Shown piece by piece: positions 63,701 to 64,000 of a DNA stretch of 64,000 nt. The first letter of the stretch is position 1. Every line of letters begins with the position of its first letter. The translations under genes and the position numbers were made by a program. This DNA is from Haliotis rufescens (lineage: Eukaryota), in the NCBI RefSeq assembly GCF_023055435.1, contig NW_025964001.1:33666001-33730000 (forward strand). The letters run 5' to 3'. The notes under the pieces were generated by a model that was not told the DNA's origin, made no database searches, and worked only from the letters and a program-made list of their open reading frames with translations.

Positions 63701-64000
63701 GGGCTCATACATTTGTTACACATTCAACACTTTCTGTTATTACCTAATCTTGTTTATCAATGCCGCACATTACCATGTAATTTGCAACTGAAACATGTTA
63801 CACAATTCCATTTTGGATTTTGATTATCAGTGACCTCATATTAAGGTGTTGCATATCACTTACAAGTTTCTAGCACAGCAGTTTACAATAGTAACTCGGT
63901 TTAGCTTGAGAACTATCAAGCAATTCATCCCTGAAGTGTTGAGTTGCATTATGTGGTCAGTAGAGACGGTCACCATCGTCAGTGTCTGTCTATAGATGCC

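Noticed and set aside
60800-64000. Short ORFs at the right end
   Set aside because: AT-rich, with no recognisable motifs or consistent exon structure. Probably UTR or intergenic sequence.

Overview
Animal genomic DNA: AT-rich, with GT-AG introns and many SINEs and MITEs. The repeats suggest a mollusc, possibly a gastropod such as abalone, but this is inference. I assembled eight protein-coding genes by hand from splice sites. (1) The 5' part of a CCDC42/CCDC197-like coiled-coil gene on the minus strand, running off the left edge. (2-5) A tandem array of four intact 7-exon genes for secreted countin-like proteins (signal peptide, 8-Cys saposin-like domain, 4-Cys beta-rich C-terminal domain, resembling Dictyostelium counting-factor countin). 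(6) A Ser/Thr kinase gene with an N-terminal membrane anchor, sitting between copies 1 and 2. (7-8) A head-to-head pair: an 89-aa single-TM microprotein (minus) and RNASEH2C (plus). The window also holds a tRNA-Glu(TTC), four SINE families, Tc1/mariner relics, a LINE relic with RNase H, MITEs, a SINE-derived 51-bp minisatellite beside an assembly gap, and a ~618-bp tandem repeat. The most notable system is the countin array, in which saposin-domain charge, pro-segment length and charge, and N-glycosylation change progressively along the array, and copy 1 has a different promoter type from copies 2-4. All coordinates, translations and counts were done by eye, and no database searches were run.
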